DNA of 61,884 nucleotides, the filler included, from Dirinaria sp. TL-2023a (Eukaryota): the NCBI GenBank assembly GCA_051941275.1. It is 2 parts of 2 records of this genome, joined end to end, with 100 filler letters (N's around TTAATTAATTAA, not from the genome) between each part and the next. Parts side by side here need not be neighbours in the genome. Positions count along the whole stretch, not along the records: positions 1 to 30,899 come from JAVEBF010000099.1; positions 31,000 to 61,884 come from JAVEBF010000100.1. One strand, 5' to 3'. The position numbers and the translations under genes were made by a program. How positions within the stretch are numbered: position 1 is the stretch's first letter; each line of letters starts with the position of its first letter. The notes under the pieces are model-generated. The model had not been told where the DNA came from. It made no database searches and saw only the letters and a list, made by a program, of their open reading frames with translations. Positions 23,410 to 36,100 of this stretch are shown piece after piece.

Positions 23410-25764
23410 TCATTTAATCCAGTTCAAAAACTTCCGGAACCGGTTTCTGCTGGCGCTCGAACCACGCTTTTGGGTAAGACTATCTTCATCCGGCACATTT
23501 GTGGGAAACCAGACATCACTTAGATCGTTCAAACCCCGAAAACGAGTCTGATACATCCACTTGTAGAAGGCGAATATGCTGAAAAAGAGGGCCGGCTGAT
23601 TTTGCATCAGTTGACCGTCCAAATGTTCTATGGCTACAGTACTTACTCCTAGATATGCGGCAACGAGATCAACGATGGAGTCTCGTCTGTTGACGCCTTG
23701 CGACCTGGCTATCAAATCATAAATAGCAGACCAGCCGCTAAAGATCATCAGAAGACTACACAAGAGAAGTCCAAGGTATGCCCAGAGTGGTTGCCAATGG
23801 GCACGATAATGGTTCTGCCTGTACGAGGTTCCATTTCGATCCATGATTCTACAGTAGAAAGCCATCCTTTAAACCGTCAGCCATATCATGCGTGGTTTTG
23901 AAGGAACAGCGCCTTACGCTTTCTTGAATCTGAGGAATGCGACACATTCACTCCCATAAATGCAAAGCAATGGACCGGTGTATAATCGGCCAAAGACATG
24001 GATTGGCTAACGCTCGTGTCAGCTTTCATCATGTGCGTTCGTGAATGGGTTGACTGCGCGCACTTCTTGGAAATTAATGTCTGCTGACTTTACGGCCAGA
24101 AAGGCCAGCAAACCGGGAAGAAAGCTCGCGAATATAGCTGCTAGAGGTGTATGCCCATTATTTGTTCGACCAAGTGTTCGCCTAACGAACTCGTGCTGGC
24201 TTCGTTGCGCGAGAACGAAAAGTGTACGACTGGCGACATACAATGCCGAGTTCCTGGAACAATCAGCCTCAACACTCGTTCCAGAATGCAGATTCATGGC
24301 ACTAACGCGGCTGTCAATGCTGAAAATATGAAACACGCATCTAAGAAGCCTGGCAACCCCCCAATCCCGGCGTTCTCGATGGCAATAACAAATGGCGACC
24401 GAGATGCAGTCTGAATGCCCTTCAATCGGTCCTCCTGAAACCATGAGATATGGGAATGGTAGATCCTGGGATCTAGGTAATTGATGTTCAGTCCAAGGAG
24501 AATGATGGCGACAAGATAGGCCCCAACCGGTAACAGATACATATACCTCGCTGCAGTCGGCAGGTCTCGACGGGGCGCTTTGGCTTCACCTGCTGTCACC
24601 AGCACAATCTCTCCTCCCATGAATTGAAACATGGCTAGCGTAGTACAAGTCCTAAAGTCTATTTTTCAACGCGCGAACTTCGATTTGTGGGAAATACTAC
24701 GTACCATACAGCTAAGATGCGTCCACCAGTACCAGAAATGCCGACTCGACTTCCAGCCACGGACGACGTACTGGCATCAGAAAAGAAGCCCGTGGAATTG
24801 TAGCCGGGGCTGATTTCGAAATCTTAAACCGACCTTGTCAGCACTAGAAATAGGGTAATTTATCAGTGCATGACACACTTGAATCAACCTTGCCAGGGCC
24901 GGCTACTCTCTCTGTTAGCATTCTTGATTAGATGTACAGATCTGTAAGCTAACCTCCGGCTTTTATCACTACCATCAGCGCACAAAGTGCGACAAGCAGA
25001 AGTATCTTGAGCCACTTGAATACCCACTCCATGTTTCCGTAAAGCTAGAAGCGGTCAACGCTCAGTCCGGGCATGTGGCGGCGCTGCTCTCCAATTACCT
25101 GCACGCCACAAGCATTCATGAAGAAGATCGCAAGCAATAGCACGAAGACGGCTGATGTCATACTGAAGCCCGGACCCCAGTATTGAGTGAACATGGCAGC
25201 TGCGATAGTCAAAGTCACGATACTCATGCAGTTCGCAAGCCTAGACATAAAATTAAAATGGATCGCGGATAGAGCGGTAGCACCTCACCAATACATAACA
25301 CCAACGGCGAAGCCGAGCCCTTCATCAATGAAGGTGTGGGGAAAGTCCATTAAAGGACCTTTGACTGGTCGTACGGACACCATCTCCGCAAGACACCGCA
25401 TGACCGAGAAGACGACCAGACCAGCAAATATATAGGCGAGCAGGGCGCCAACTGGACCCCCTAGAGCAATGATCTCTCCAGAAGTTTGGTAGATGCCAAT
25501 ACCGACGGCTGCGGAGAAAGCGATTCCTTTCGAGTGGTTAGTACAGAATGTCAATGACGACCACGAAATAGGTTTACCGGTAATATGGTGTCGCTCAAGC
25601 TTGCGGTCCAAGCAATCTTTCTTGAAAAGTTGGTCACTGAGCGTGTCTGCCAGCCTGCGACCCAATGTATTTCCATGAGCTGGGGCATCGTGAGAGGACT
25701 CGAGGTCAGTATCAACGTCTACTTGGACTTGTGGGAAGATTTTTGAGGGTCGTCTTGGTCCCAT
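23410..25764 (-). CDS. Amino-acid permease (APC/YAT family), divergent, multi-exon
   Basis: RKLERHHIT|GIAFSAAVGIG, GPVGALLAY, LAEMVSVRP, GFAVGVMYW, GEAKAPRRDLP, SPFVIA, NSALYVASRTLFVLA, WQPLWAYLGL. Confidence 0.9.
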
Positions 25765-26230
25765 TTTCGCGTGACCGGATATCTTGCCTTATAGCCACGC
25801 CATTTTACTACCACTATTAAAGGAGCGGGATTCAAGGCGGGTTTTATCTTGTCGCTCACCTCACTTTGTGACGAGGCTGAGGATGTACGTGGAGCATGAG
25901 CCACCACCATAGATATATTGCCAAGCCTGAGCTAAGAGCGCCCTGCATGGTGTTAGTCTTCTCAGCCTTCTACGACCCAATAGCAGCGACGACCGCTCGC
26001 AAGACTTTTCCTGATCTCGTGTATCTTGCACTGCCACTAGCTACATCGAGCCATTCCAGTCAGCCTATCGACTTTCCAGGTTGACGCCTGATTTTGGCAG
26101 CTCCAAGGTATTGGTTGGCACCCTGAGCCTTCCTCCCAGTCTCTACATAATCCCGCCTTGAAGACAGTTGTGTGGGCAGAGACCATCGGCCATCTTCTTC
26201 ATATGTCAGTTTTACAGCTGCAGAGCCAAG

Positions 26231-29043
26231 ATGGCGGCGTCTTTGCGGTCGCTGATTCTGAATCTTGAAAGTTCCGGGCATCCTACAAATCGGGAATTAC
26301 GTGAGCTGCACAAAATTCTCAACCGCGAGTGCTTGCATCATTCCGGCAGCGAGGAGCTCCTTGGTAACGCCGGCGATTACACGCCTGATGACGTTTCGCG
26401 TCTGGCCCTGAACTTGTCAAAACCCTTGGCTCAAGCCGAGAACTGGCAAAGTTCCGAATATCGTATTCAGCAACTAAGGGTCCTCGTAGCAGCCCTCGCT
26501 CTCCTACATCATTTAAGGGTTCAGCAGCTTCATCCCGAACCCTACAGCCAATTGCGCCAGAGAATCGCGGATCGCTTTAAAGATATTGTGTACGGCCACC
26601 AACAGTCTCTTGAGACGGCCGCCTACCGTATTCAGTATATCCAGGCTCTTTATTATTGCCGGCTTGCCGGACAATATTTCTCACTTTTCAAGCGTCGGCA
26701 ACCGCCGGCAGAAGCACTTGCCGTCCCTGTGCTCGGATTAGTGCTTGCCGGAGCATCTATTGTGAGAAAGACATGCTTGAATGTAAGCGCGTTAGTCGCA
26801 TAGGCTGATTCTTTGTAGGCGGGTGGCCAATACAACAGCCTGCAGAGCGTTTTCAAATACCTTGATCAAATCATCGCAGAAATTCCCAACCCGCGGGGAA
26901 AGGACGTCACACTACCAACACTCCAAGAGATTGTTCGCAACACGGTCACCACATCCCAGAACGATAGGGATGCTTGTGTCCCCGATGAAGCTTCAAGGCT
27001 TCTACACAGCGTCTTCGAGACTCGTGCGGACAACACCTCGGTATCTGCCAACGAGCGCTGGGATCGAGTGTCAACCATCATAGGGAGAGTACCTCAGCTT
27101 AATAAATGGTTCTTCGTGTACGGTAGCTTTGAATGTGCTACCCAACTGAGCCAAGCGATTGGTCCCGCCCCCTTAAAGCCAGATCTATGTAAGATCATTC
27201 AGCGGCTAGCCTTTGAGTCGCCAGACGAGCATTTCAGGTGGAAATCAGTCAGTCACAGAACAGAGGATGCTGACTTTCGACGCCCGATGCTAATGTAGCG
27301 TGCAGATCGAATTCTTCCTGAGCCATCGAGCCACACGACATCAGCAACGCGATCGCCTCGAAGACGAAGCTACTCGTTACTCTGCCGCTGATCAAGTGAA
27401 AATCAAATCAGAGATCAAAGCAGTATATGCCGCACTGGAGGAGAATGAGCCAGCCGAAGCTGACGAGTCTTCAACAAGCCGCTCCTCATCCCTAGGTACG
27501 TAGTCCTACCCCATCTCAATCATCGTAGCGTTAGCGAAGGATCAGATTTGAAATATCAGGCATTCAAAATGTCTGCTGGTTTCCTAAAGCGTACTTTGAG
27601 CTTTTTCGTTGCCTTCGGAGAAGCTGTTGCTTGACCTTCGGCTTTGTCTAAGCAAGGGAGGTAGAAAAGCAGCGGCTGACTCAGAAATGTAGGCTTATCC
27701 AACGCCACGACTGGCACAAGCGAGAGTCTGTCGGCTCCGCATCACATTCATAGTGATGCATACAAGGAAACCCAAGTCCAGTCCATGGAGCCGCGGTGCC
27801 AACCCTTAATTCAGATACCGCGAGAGAAAAACCAATCCAGAGCCGGGCTCTCGAAAAGCTGTAGATTCATCTACTTTCACGATACTCAAAAGGTTGTGGT
27901 ACATCGGCTTTGTATCACCTCCCCATCAGGCAACAACAGCCTGAGAGGACCATCTGAAAAGCACTTCAGCCACGGCGTAACAAAAGGCCAGATGATTCAG
28001 CGAGTGGCAATAGACGGCCATTGGATCGCAATTAGTACTAACAAGGAACTTGTAATCATCAATATGGAAGACAAATCAATGACTCCCAGGCGAGCTCACG
28101 GCGATTGGGAGCCAGTTGGCCTGGCTTTGCACAAATCTGATACCAAAATTTCAGTAGTTCTCGGTCAGTGCAAGCGAGGACGCAACTGTTGGGAGGGTCG
28201 TGTCCTATTATTCAAGGTCTGGCTATCAGTACCCCTCGGCTCTGTTATGCTGGAACCCAGTCTGCATAGTATGCCACAGGGGGATAAACCCATGAACGTA
28301 GATATCAGCTCAGATGGTACTCTCTTCCTGTGCCTCACTCGATTACATAACAGTGTAATCATCTGGAAGCTGCTTCCGGAGCCCAGCGAGGACCAAGCTC
28401 CCTTTATTATCTCTCGGAGCTACACACCGGTGAGCATCCATTCAACTTGCACCTCAAGTACCACAACTCTAAAACAAATGCATCACAGGAAACGGGCATC
28501 TACGGAATCACATCTGCGTCAATCTACACATCAGGTAAAAGTGCCCGATACCTTGTCTGCACCACTTTCGCTTCGACAGAGCGCTGGCTCAATGGTGGGG
28601 AGTGGCCTTTTTGCTCGCCTATCGTTTTCCCGCCCACAAAATGGCGTTCAGACACTGTACACAACCTCGAGAGTCTCAAAGATAAAAGAAGCATAGTGGC
28701 AGCAGCCGTCTCATCCCAAGCGAACGTTCTGGCTGTCCTGGAACTGAATGGCAGGATATCAGTGCTAAACCTCAAAGCTCACGAGAGAGAGGGAATGTGT
28801 GTTTCGGACGAGGAGCCGACTACTCTCGAGGTTAAATTAAGCAATCAGACAGCGGAATCGCAAATCTGTCCTAGCGCTCTACAGTTCGATCCTTCGGGCA
28901 CAAAGCTTTTTGCGCTTGGTGTGGATGGCAAGCTCGTTGTTGTGGACTTCGTCGATCCTCGAAATGTATTGGCTCCGTGGTCACCATCCAGCAGCAATTC
29001 ATCAAAAACGCGTTTACCGTTATTGCGCCGTTTTCGCTCGTGA
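26231..29043 (+). CDS. Multi-exon protein with helical N-terminus and C-terminal WD40-like beta-propeller (Ptr3-like)
   Basis: Six ORF segments joined by GT-AG introns; blade-like segments VAIDGHWIAIST, NVDISSDGTLFLCLT...VIIWKL, AAAVSSQANVLAVLELNGRISVL, ALQFDPSGTKLFALGVDGKLVVVDF. Confidence 0.75.
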
Positions 29044-30899
29044 AAGGGGAAAGAGGGCTAAGAATCCTTGTGCTCCCTAGTGGTTTCTAAAGACGATTTA
29101 CCGTCGATCTATAGCTTCACACGTCATCAGACGGAACGTCATTTATCTCGACCGATCTCTCTACAGCGCAGAGACTACCTGACACCTCCGCAGAGACACT
29201 CCTGTCACGGACTACTGTCTGGGCGAGTATATTCCAGTATAGCTCCAGTCTTCGTTGGATGGACCTTTCGAGTGTCTTCACGAAAGGCTTACTCTCCGGC
29301 ACGTCGTTCCCTGATTTCGACGCGATGATACTCTCTGCAAGTATCGTATGCACTTATCTCCATCAAGAACGAACATACTGGCAGAGGTACGCTGTTCCAC
29401 CCATGTTAAGAGCACGACACCACGGCATATCTTCAAAAGCATTGCCGTTGGATCCTGATAACAGAGATGGCAATATCGAGACACCACTCCACTTTCACCG
29501 CAGCAGAATTTCCAAGAAACACCAGCAAAAATATCTCTGTTTACCATGCAAACGCCTTACGACGTCTTCGCGCGCTGATGATTTGTTTCAAAGCGATGGA
29601 ACCAGCGCATGCAATTGTTCAAGGGCCTTCCTGTAGCACTGGCCATTTCAAGACCAATATCATTCACCGATGCCAATCATTGTACAAGATGCAATGTTAG
29701 GAGCACAGCACTAATCCGGTTTCGATGTAACTTGAGCTCCAGAAGCCCGGCTATTACACTGAGCTTTTCCAGCATCCAGCGCATTAGTAGCAAGGATTAC
29801 GCTGCAGGGACGGCAAGCCAACTCAATCGCTGCTTGCTCCCAAATAAGAATGGGCACAATGAAAGCATTGTGCTTCTGAATAGCAGTAGGGAGACCTTCG
29901 CCTTCTGCAAGGCATTCTCTATCTTGAATAGAAACCGCACTCTGCCAGCGCTTTAGTAGCGCCAATCATCAGTGGCTCAAGGAAGACCTGTAGACCAATT
30001 AGCTCGTCTTCAATCGGACTATTATTGCATCTTGCTAACAAGCAAGACCCATGGATCAAGCGCACAGACAGCACGCCTATCACTAGCCCTATCGTCTTTG
30101 CGGCGACTTTACCTGTGGCTGAGGTCCAGACCGTGAAGATTTTGATCTCCTGCATCATCTGGCTCGAGCTAGACAGAGAACGGTTTAGATACTTTCCCTT
30201 CCCCACAATCGAAGATCTGCCGAGACGATCTCCCGTCACGAGTGCCAAGTCGAAGAGTTGAGGCTAAGGAAGCATGCACCTTCTCGGGCCTTTTACGTAA
30301 ACGAGATGGTTCTTCGCGACGTTCGTCCGAGAAGAACCGTTGTTTTCCGGGGAACTAATAATGATAGTGTCAAGTAAGTACCTTAGTTGGGCGTTTATTC
30401 TAGGTAACTTGGCGAACGTTGGACATGAGAAGGTACTATTCTTACGTTCATTTAGCCTACAATGAAAAGAAAGGAGAGGAGAGAGAGACAACTGACGATT
30501 TCCAAAAAGGCTGCTCATTCTTTCGCTATGCCCATAGAGAATGGAAGTCTGCGCGCACACAATCAACAGACTACGTATATCTCTTTCCGAAGAACTGCTG
30601 GCATAGATCCATGTCTAGCTACTTAGCTTGCGACCTTCAACAATAGTTAGCTACTTTCTTCTCGCCACCACAAGAAAACATACTATTTTCTCGTGTTATC
30701 AAGATAAAGCCATCTAATCTTGCATCTAGGTGCATAATGCAGCCCTAGGTACTAAACCAAGTCACCAAAACAATACCTAGCACATATGAACCAATGGAAA
30801 TAGCCCTTCCTTTGAGTGAGGCATTTATCAAGCCACCACTGGTGGCAGCGCTGCTTGGCGGGCATGATGACCTCGTCACTAGACGCCCTAAGTCGCTCT

Positions 30900-30999
30900 N
30901 NNNNNNNNNNNNNNNNNNNNNNNNNNNNNNNNNNNNNNNNNNNTTAATTAATTAANNNNNNNNNNNNNNNNNNNNNNNNNNNNNNNNNNNNNNNNNNNN
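30900..30999. other. Scaffold gap with artificial six-frame-stop spacer (N44-TTAATTAATTAA-N44)
   Basis: Exactly 100 bp, symmetric Ns around TTAATTAATTAA (30944-30955). Confidence 0.95.
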
Positions 31000-33149
31000 G
31001 ACAGGCCACTGCAGTCAGCTCACACCTGTTCCCCCAAATTCCAAGCCATCCAGTCATCGGTTCTCGTCCAAGTATCATCATATTTAATTTGACACTTACT
31101 CTAGGTTTACGAATTCAGCCTCGTTTTAGTCCGTTGGAAGCGTTCAGAACTGGGAATTCGAGCGACCGATGGAGGTCTGGATTCCGAGCTACGCTACATG
31201 ATTTGAACCCGTCTTGCCTTCGGTCTTGCCAAGTGTTGGATAGTGAAGCCGCCACCGCATCTCCCGATTATCAGCTGAGAGGCCGTGACTTCTACTCCCC
31301 GTACAGCAGCACAGCAGCGTGCAAACATGGCCGTGAAGAACGACACAAAAAAAAAGAAAAAGAGAAAAAGCACAGTCCATGTACGAGAGTGCCGCAGCAA
31401 ATCGTAATCGGTCGTGTCATTGATTCCCTTGAGGTTGCATGCCTGCCAGTCAGGGGCTTCCCCAGGATTTGGCTAATGGCAAGCTGCAGGCGCCAACATA
31501 CCCTGGGCGACCCGGCTACCAGGGAAGCAACACACACTTGGCACCGGTACGGAAAAATCTTACGTAGCTTTCATCTGGCGATGCAGCATCTGGCATGACT
31601 CGTGCAGAGCAGCGGACGGAGACACGGTACTGGGTTCCAGGGACCCCCCCCCCCCTTCTCTGCGCTGCGGTGATGGATGAAACGGAATGTCGCACAGACT
31701 GACCGAATCCTTCGAATACGCCCGTACTATTGTCGCCAGGCCAGCCAGGCCAGCGATGGGAGAGGGTGGGTGCGCCATCAACGGCAAATCAATCAAGACA
31801 TGGAACGGCTGTTTACCCAGCTCCAAAGACCGGTTCAAGCCTGACACGATGGCGTTGAGGCTTGCAGACCGCCCTCATCCACCAGCTGTACTCCAGCCTG
31901 CAGTCAAGCACGGACCAATGCGCCGTTTTTGGCTCTGTACGTTGATGGACTATTGGATTATTGCAAATCCCAAATCCCAAGGAGGACGAACATTGCTTAC
32001 CTTGGCTCGGCGAAGAAGGATCGGAACGCTTTGGCTGTTACACGATCAGGGTAGGTCCAGCGATGATAGGATGCCTTGATCAGGATCTCTTGATCACGCT
32101 GAAGAGCTCCGCACAGTAGTACTGCCGCGGAAGATATTGGCAATCAGAAGGAAGACCTCGTGGATGATTCCGAGCAAAAGACGCTTGCCTCAGGTTAGCA
32201 TAGAGCCATGGCCCGATTCGGTAAAGACCTGGCTGACATAATCGCTTACTGTTCCGGCACTTCCACTGATATTGTAGGCACATGCAAAGTAACCTAGGTA
32301 TCGCAGATGGGCCGGAACAGGAAGCTGTGAGCGCGGCGAATCTGGGTAGCATCATTGTAGCATGCATGCGTGTGTATGTGTAAGGCGCTTTAATGACTGA
32401 TGGTGGAATCCCTCGGCAGGACTACCGACAATACTTACTTATTGCACAGATTACAGACACGCAAGCGACACCATGCCCTTCAATGCTCTTACAAATGGTA
32501 GAAATGGAAGAATTCTTGGCCATTGCTGGAGCTGTTGCCTTAGCATCAGCTATTATGACTCCCATGTCTAATGTATGCACCTACCACTACTAATACTGCT
32601 ACTACTACGCTTAATAGCAACACTACTATCACCACCACTGTCCGATACTCTTGCTGGTTTGAACGGTCGCTTCTGGTGAGGTTTCATTGGGGTCACGGCA
32701 GTAACGGTCCGGTATTTGTCATGAGGTTGTTGTGTGCGCTTCTTGGATCTTCCCATTAATCTTCCATTCCCGTACCTTCTTCCGTTTTCATGATCCTTTC
32801 CAGGAGCGACTAGGTACTGGCATCCCCCTGGTTAACTTAGTTGATAGACCCCGGGGGGAAGGGGTGGGGAGGTCGAGGGGGTCAAGATTGCGTGTGTGAT
32901 CAATGACCGAGAGCCAATCGCTTGGCAGCGCCGAGTTTCCGTGCGACCGAACATCTGCGCGGGTAAAATAAAAAAAAAGAGAGATAGAACAGGCGAAAGG
33001 AAGCTTCTCAGTCACAACAGACGGGAGAAGCTCCTGACGATCAATCGACTTTTTGGTCCAAATCAAACTGCCCCGCGTGCAACCTCGTGCGCTTCGTGCC
33101 ACCGAACTCCTGCTCGACTGGTCTCGTAAGCTAGGGAGATCAGGTGGTG

Positions 33150-33193
<44 letters not shown>
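33150..33193. repeat. (ATA)n microsatellite
   Basis: About 14 perfect ATA units. Confidence 0.95.
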
Positions 33194-36100
33194 CATCGTA
33201 CTCTACCAAAGTATCTACAGTCCCTTACATAAGGTACATACATCATTATCTTCAGGGCTCAAAAGGAAACAACGGCGGCTCACTAGAGTTTCCCTGTCTG
33301 TTACCTCATGCAGCATATCTGCCACACCTGTCAAAACAAGCCACGAACGCGGCAAAGGCGATCAAGCCGCTGGCCGTAAATAGACAGTCTGGACCGGTCG
33401 GTGACGGGTCACCTTTCAAGCCACCGCCAGACCAGCGATGTCATGTCTGTTCAAAATTCCATTTTCCGGATCCCGCTTCCTTTCCGTAACCTGGCGATAG
33501 TGGAGGCCCATTCCGGTGTCTGCGACCTCAAACAGTCGCCCAATTACCAATCGAGCCAAAGCCGAGGCCCAGTATTCCAGTATACACGGGACAGTAGAGG
33601 TCAATTGACCACTGCGCACCACCATAATCTGCCTTCTACGCTCGCCAACTCATCAATCCACCACATGACTCGAACTCGTAAGGCTGGTGACAGATAGCTT
33701 AGCAAAAAGCGCATATCCATCATGGTCACTATCGTCACCATCGTCGTCGTCATCATCATCATCATCATCACTCGCGGCTCTGAATACTGCGGATTGCATT
33801 TTCGTACACCACCAACTCGTTCCCCGCCTTTGCCTATTCCAGAAAGCATTGAGCGTCGGATAATGACAATTTTCTCGGATGCGCGTCGACTTCAATCGAT
33901 ACCAACAAGAACCGGCTAAGTGCTCGAATTTCCTCCTTCAGACGCTCTCATTCTACGCCTAGGTAGGGCTTTGCGACGGTTTAGGAATATTTATTTCTAG
34001 TGAGGAGACGTGCAGACCAGTGCCGGATCCTCATGCATAATCTCCAGCCCTTCTGGTAGTCTGCGTAACCAAACGAACCATGGTAGCCCTTCCCGAATCG
34101 TGCGTCTCGTTACCGGATTTTCTTTCGATATGAGGCTGCTCCATCTGCAGCTATATCGCACAAAGGACGCGCGATCCAATCAAAAATCCAGGAGCCTGCA
34201 ACGGTGGGTGACAATTGCAACCAGCTGTAGGTCATATGCAACCATGGCCCCGGTACATTTCATGCACGAAGACGACATTATCCACAGCGTACCTGTGACC
34301 CCCACGGCTAACTTTTCCTTTGACTCGTCGGATAATGGGTCTTGTAGAGATAGGTGGATCTCCTATGCGACCTATCCCACAGTCTAAATCTCTTTCATAC
34401 GACGTTCCCGCCATCTGCTGCTACAGTCGATGGGTAGCCGACCGGAGATGGGACCCTCGAGGACGAGTCGAACCGGATCTATCTTCACGGCTGCCCTCCC
34501 GAGCGAGTCGGCGGAGACGGCGACACCCTTTCCAAGTTCAGGAACTGGTAGAACCCGTAGATCACCCATCTGGCACACCATCTCGCTCAGTGTAAGCATC
34601 ATATTACCCAGGAATGCTTCTGCGGCACGACCCGATGCAGAACCCTTAGTCTGTTATATTCTTCAACTTCTAAAGCATTCGCTCGAACATTAGTCGTCTC
34701 GATAGCTTGGTTTGCCTGTGCGTTCTTTTCATTGGCCGAGCACCGCCTCTATGCAATGGAAAGGGTTCCTGCTTCGGCGTTAAGGCATGCTCTGAACGCT
34801 TGAATTGTCAACTAACATGCCGACCCTTGCTTGTTGTATTTGTACTCGTTTTCGTACCTCGGTAGAGGAGACAGAGGATGGAATTTCAATCCGGTTTTTG
34901 TCTTCTTCCCTCAGCTCTCGGTCTCTCAACAGAGCAATGCAAGCTTTAGCTTGAAGTCACCAAATCATGCCCCAACACAGGCATCTAGGGTTCGGGATCT
35001 CGCCGCCGTGTACGAGTACCCTTAGTAGGATCTGCACCAGAAAGGATTTATTGCGTCGAGCACTTTCGAACATTGCGCCTGCTCTCCAAATATTGAGTCA
35101 GAGTGCGGGATCGTATTCAGCTACAGCTCGCAACCGCCGTACAGACTACATGAGCCTTTCGGATCAAAAACCGTCCATCTTACACGCATTTGCCACATGG
35201 CTCAGGTCAAGGAGCCCTCATATGATATTTCGCCGACCAGATGCTTAATCGATTTCGGCGACACTGACTTGTAGAAATGTATCTGCTCGTCTTGTTTTGA
35301 AGGCACAGTCAAGCCTGACAAGCATGTCGCCTCGTTTGCCCTTGAAATGTGAAAGTTACTACGGTGGCAACGCAGCGGCTCTTGACGAGTCCATCGAAGT
35401 TTACACCCACTTTTATCCCCAGCGACGATCATTTAAGGACATCTACCTTACATTTCTGTGCCGAAACCCTTACGCTTTAACGGATCATCATCTGAAAGAC
35501 GGTAGATAGTCAACGGACGATCTTATCAACGGTAAGTAATATCTCTGTCTGTTACTCATTATTACGACCTAGGATTGGAAATCAACCATGCAACTTTCCA
35601 AAATGCTATGTCGCTCAGGGTTTCTATAAATTTCTATCACTGTCTATCTCTTTACTAATACACTTTGTGCTTTGGAGCTCGGTTTCTTGCTACAGCTTCG
35701 TGAAGTAGACCTTGATTACCAAGCCTTAGATCACACTACCTATACCTTGCCGAGCCAGCTTCAACTGCTACTCGTTGAACACGCTTCGGTAGTAGCTGAC
35801 GAACTGGCCCTGGTTTACCTGCTTGTCTGCTTGCTAGAGTAATGTCCGATGCCGAGCACCATGCTGCCTAATATCCTCGATGACCCTTGCCGCACAGCAT
35901 CGACTGATAGGGTTATGACTATGGCACATAGATATAGCAAGGCGAAATGCTTGACTGGGAACTCTGCCTTGCCCTCTCAGACCGAGATGTAGATTCGATA
36001 CGCAATTCGTGCTCAATTGCTCAGCTTCTATACAAGTGTCAAGGGTTGTTTGATGGATGTAAGGTAGGGTCCCTTCAACGGTGGGGATAGGGTAAGGTCG

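Noticed and set aside
29117..30610. Decayed minus-strand ORF fragments as the missing Ssy5 protease (KFCCGESG resembles GDSG)
   Set aside because: No catalytic His/Asp context, many stops, and the frame is probably not the ancestral one; family unassignable
30944..30955. TTAATTAATTAA palindrome as a biological motif (e.g. piggyBac site)
   Set aside because: Centred in exactly 100 bp of Ns; a standard artificial six-frame stop linker
33144..33919. ORFs with poly-Ile, poly-Met and poly-Asp runs
   Set aside because: Translation artefacts of ATA/ATC/GTC microsatellites
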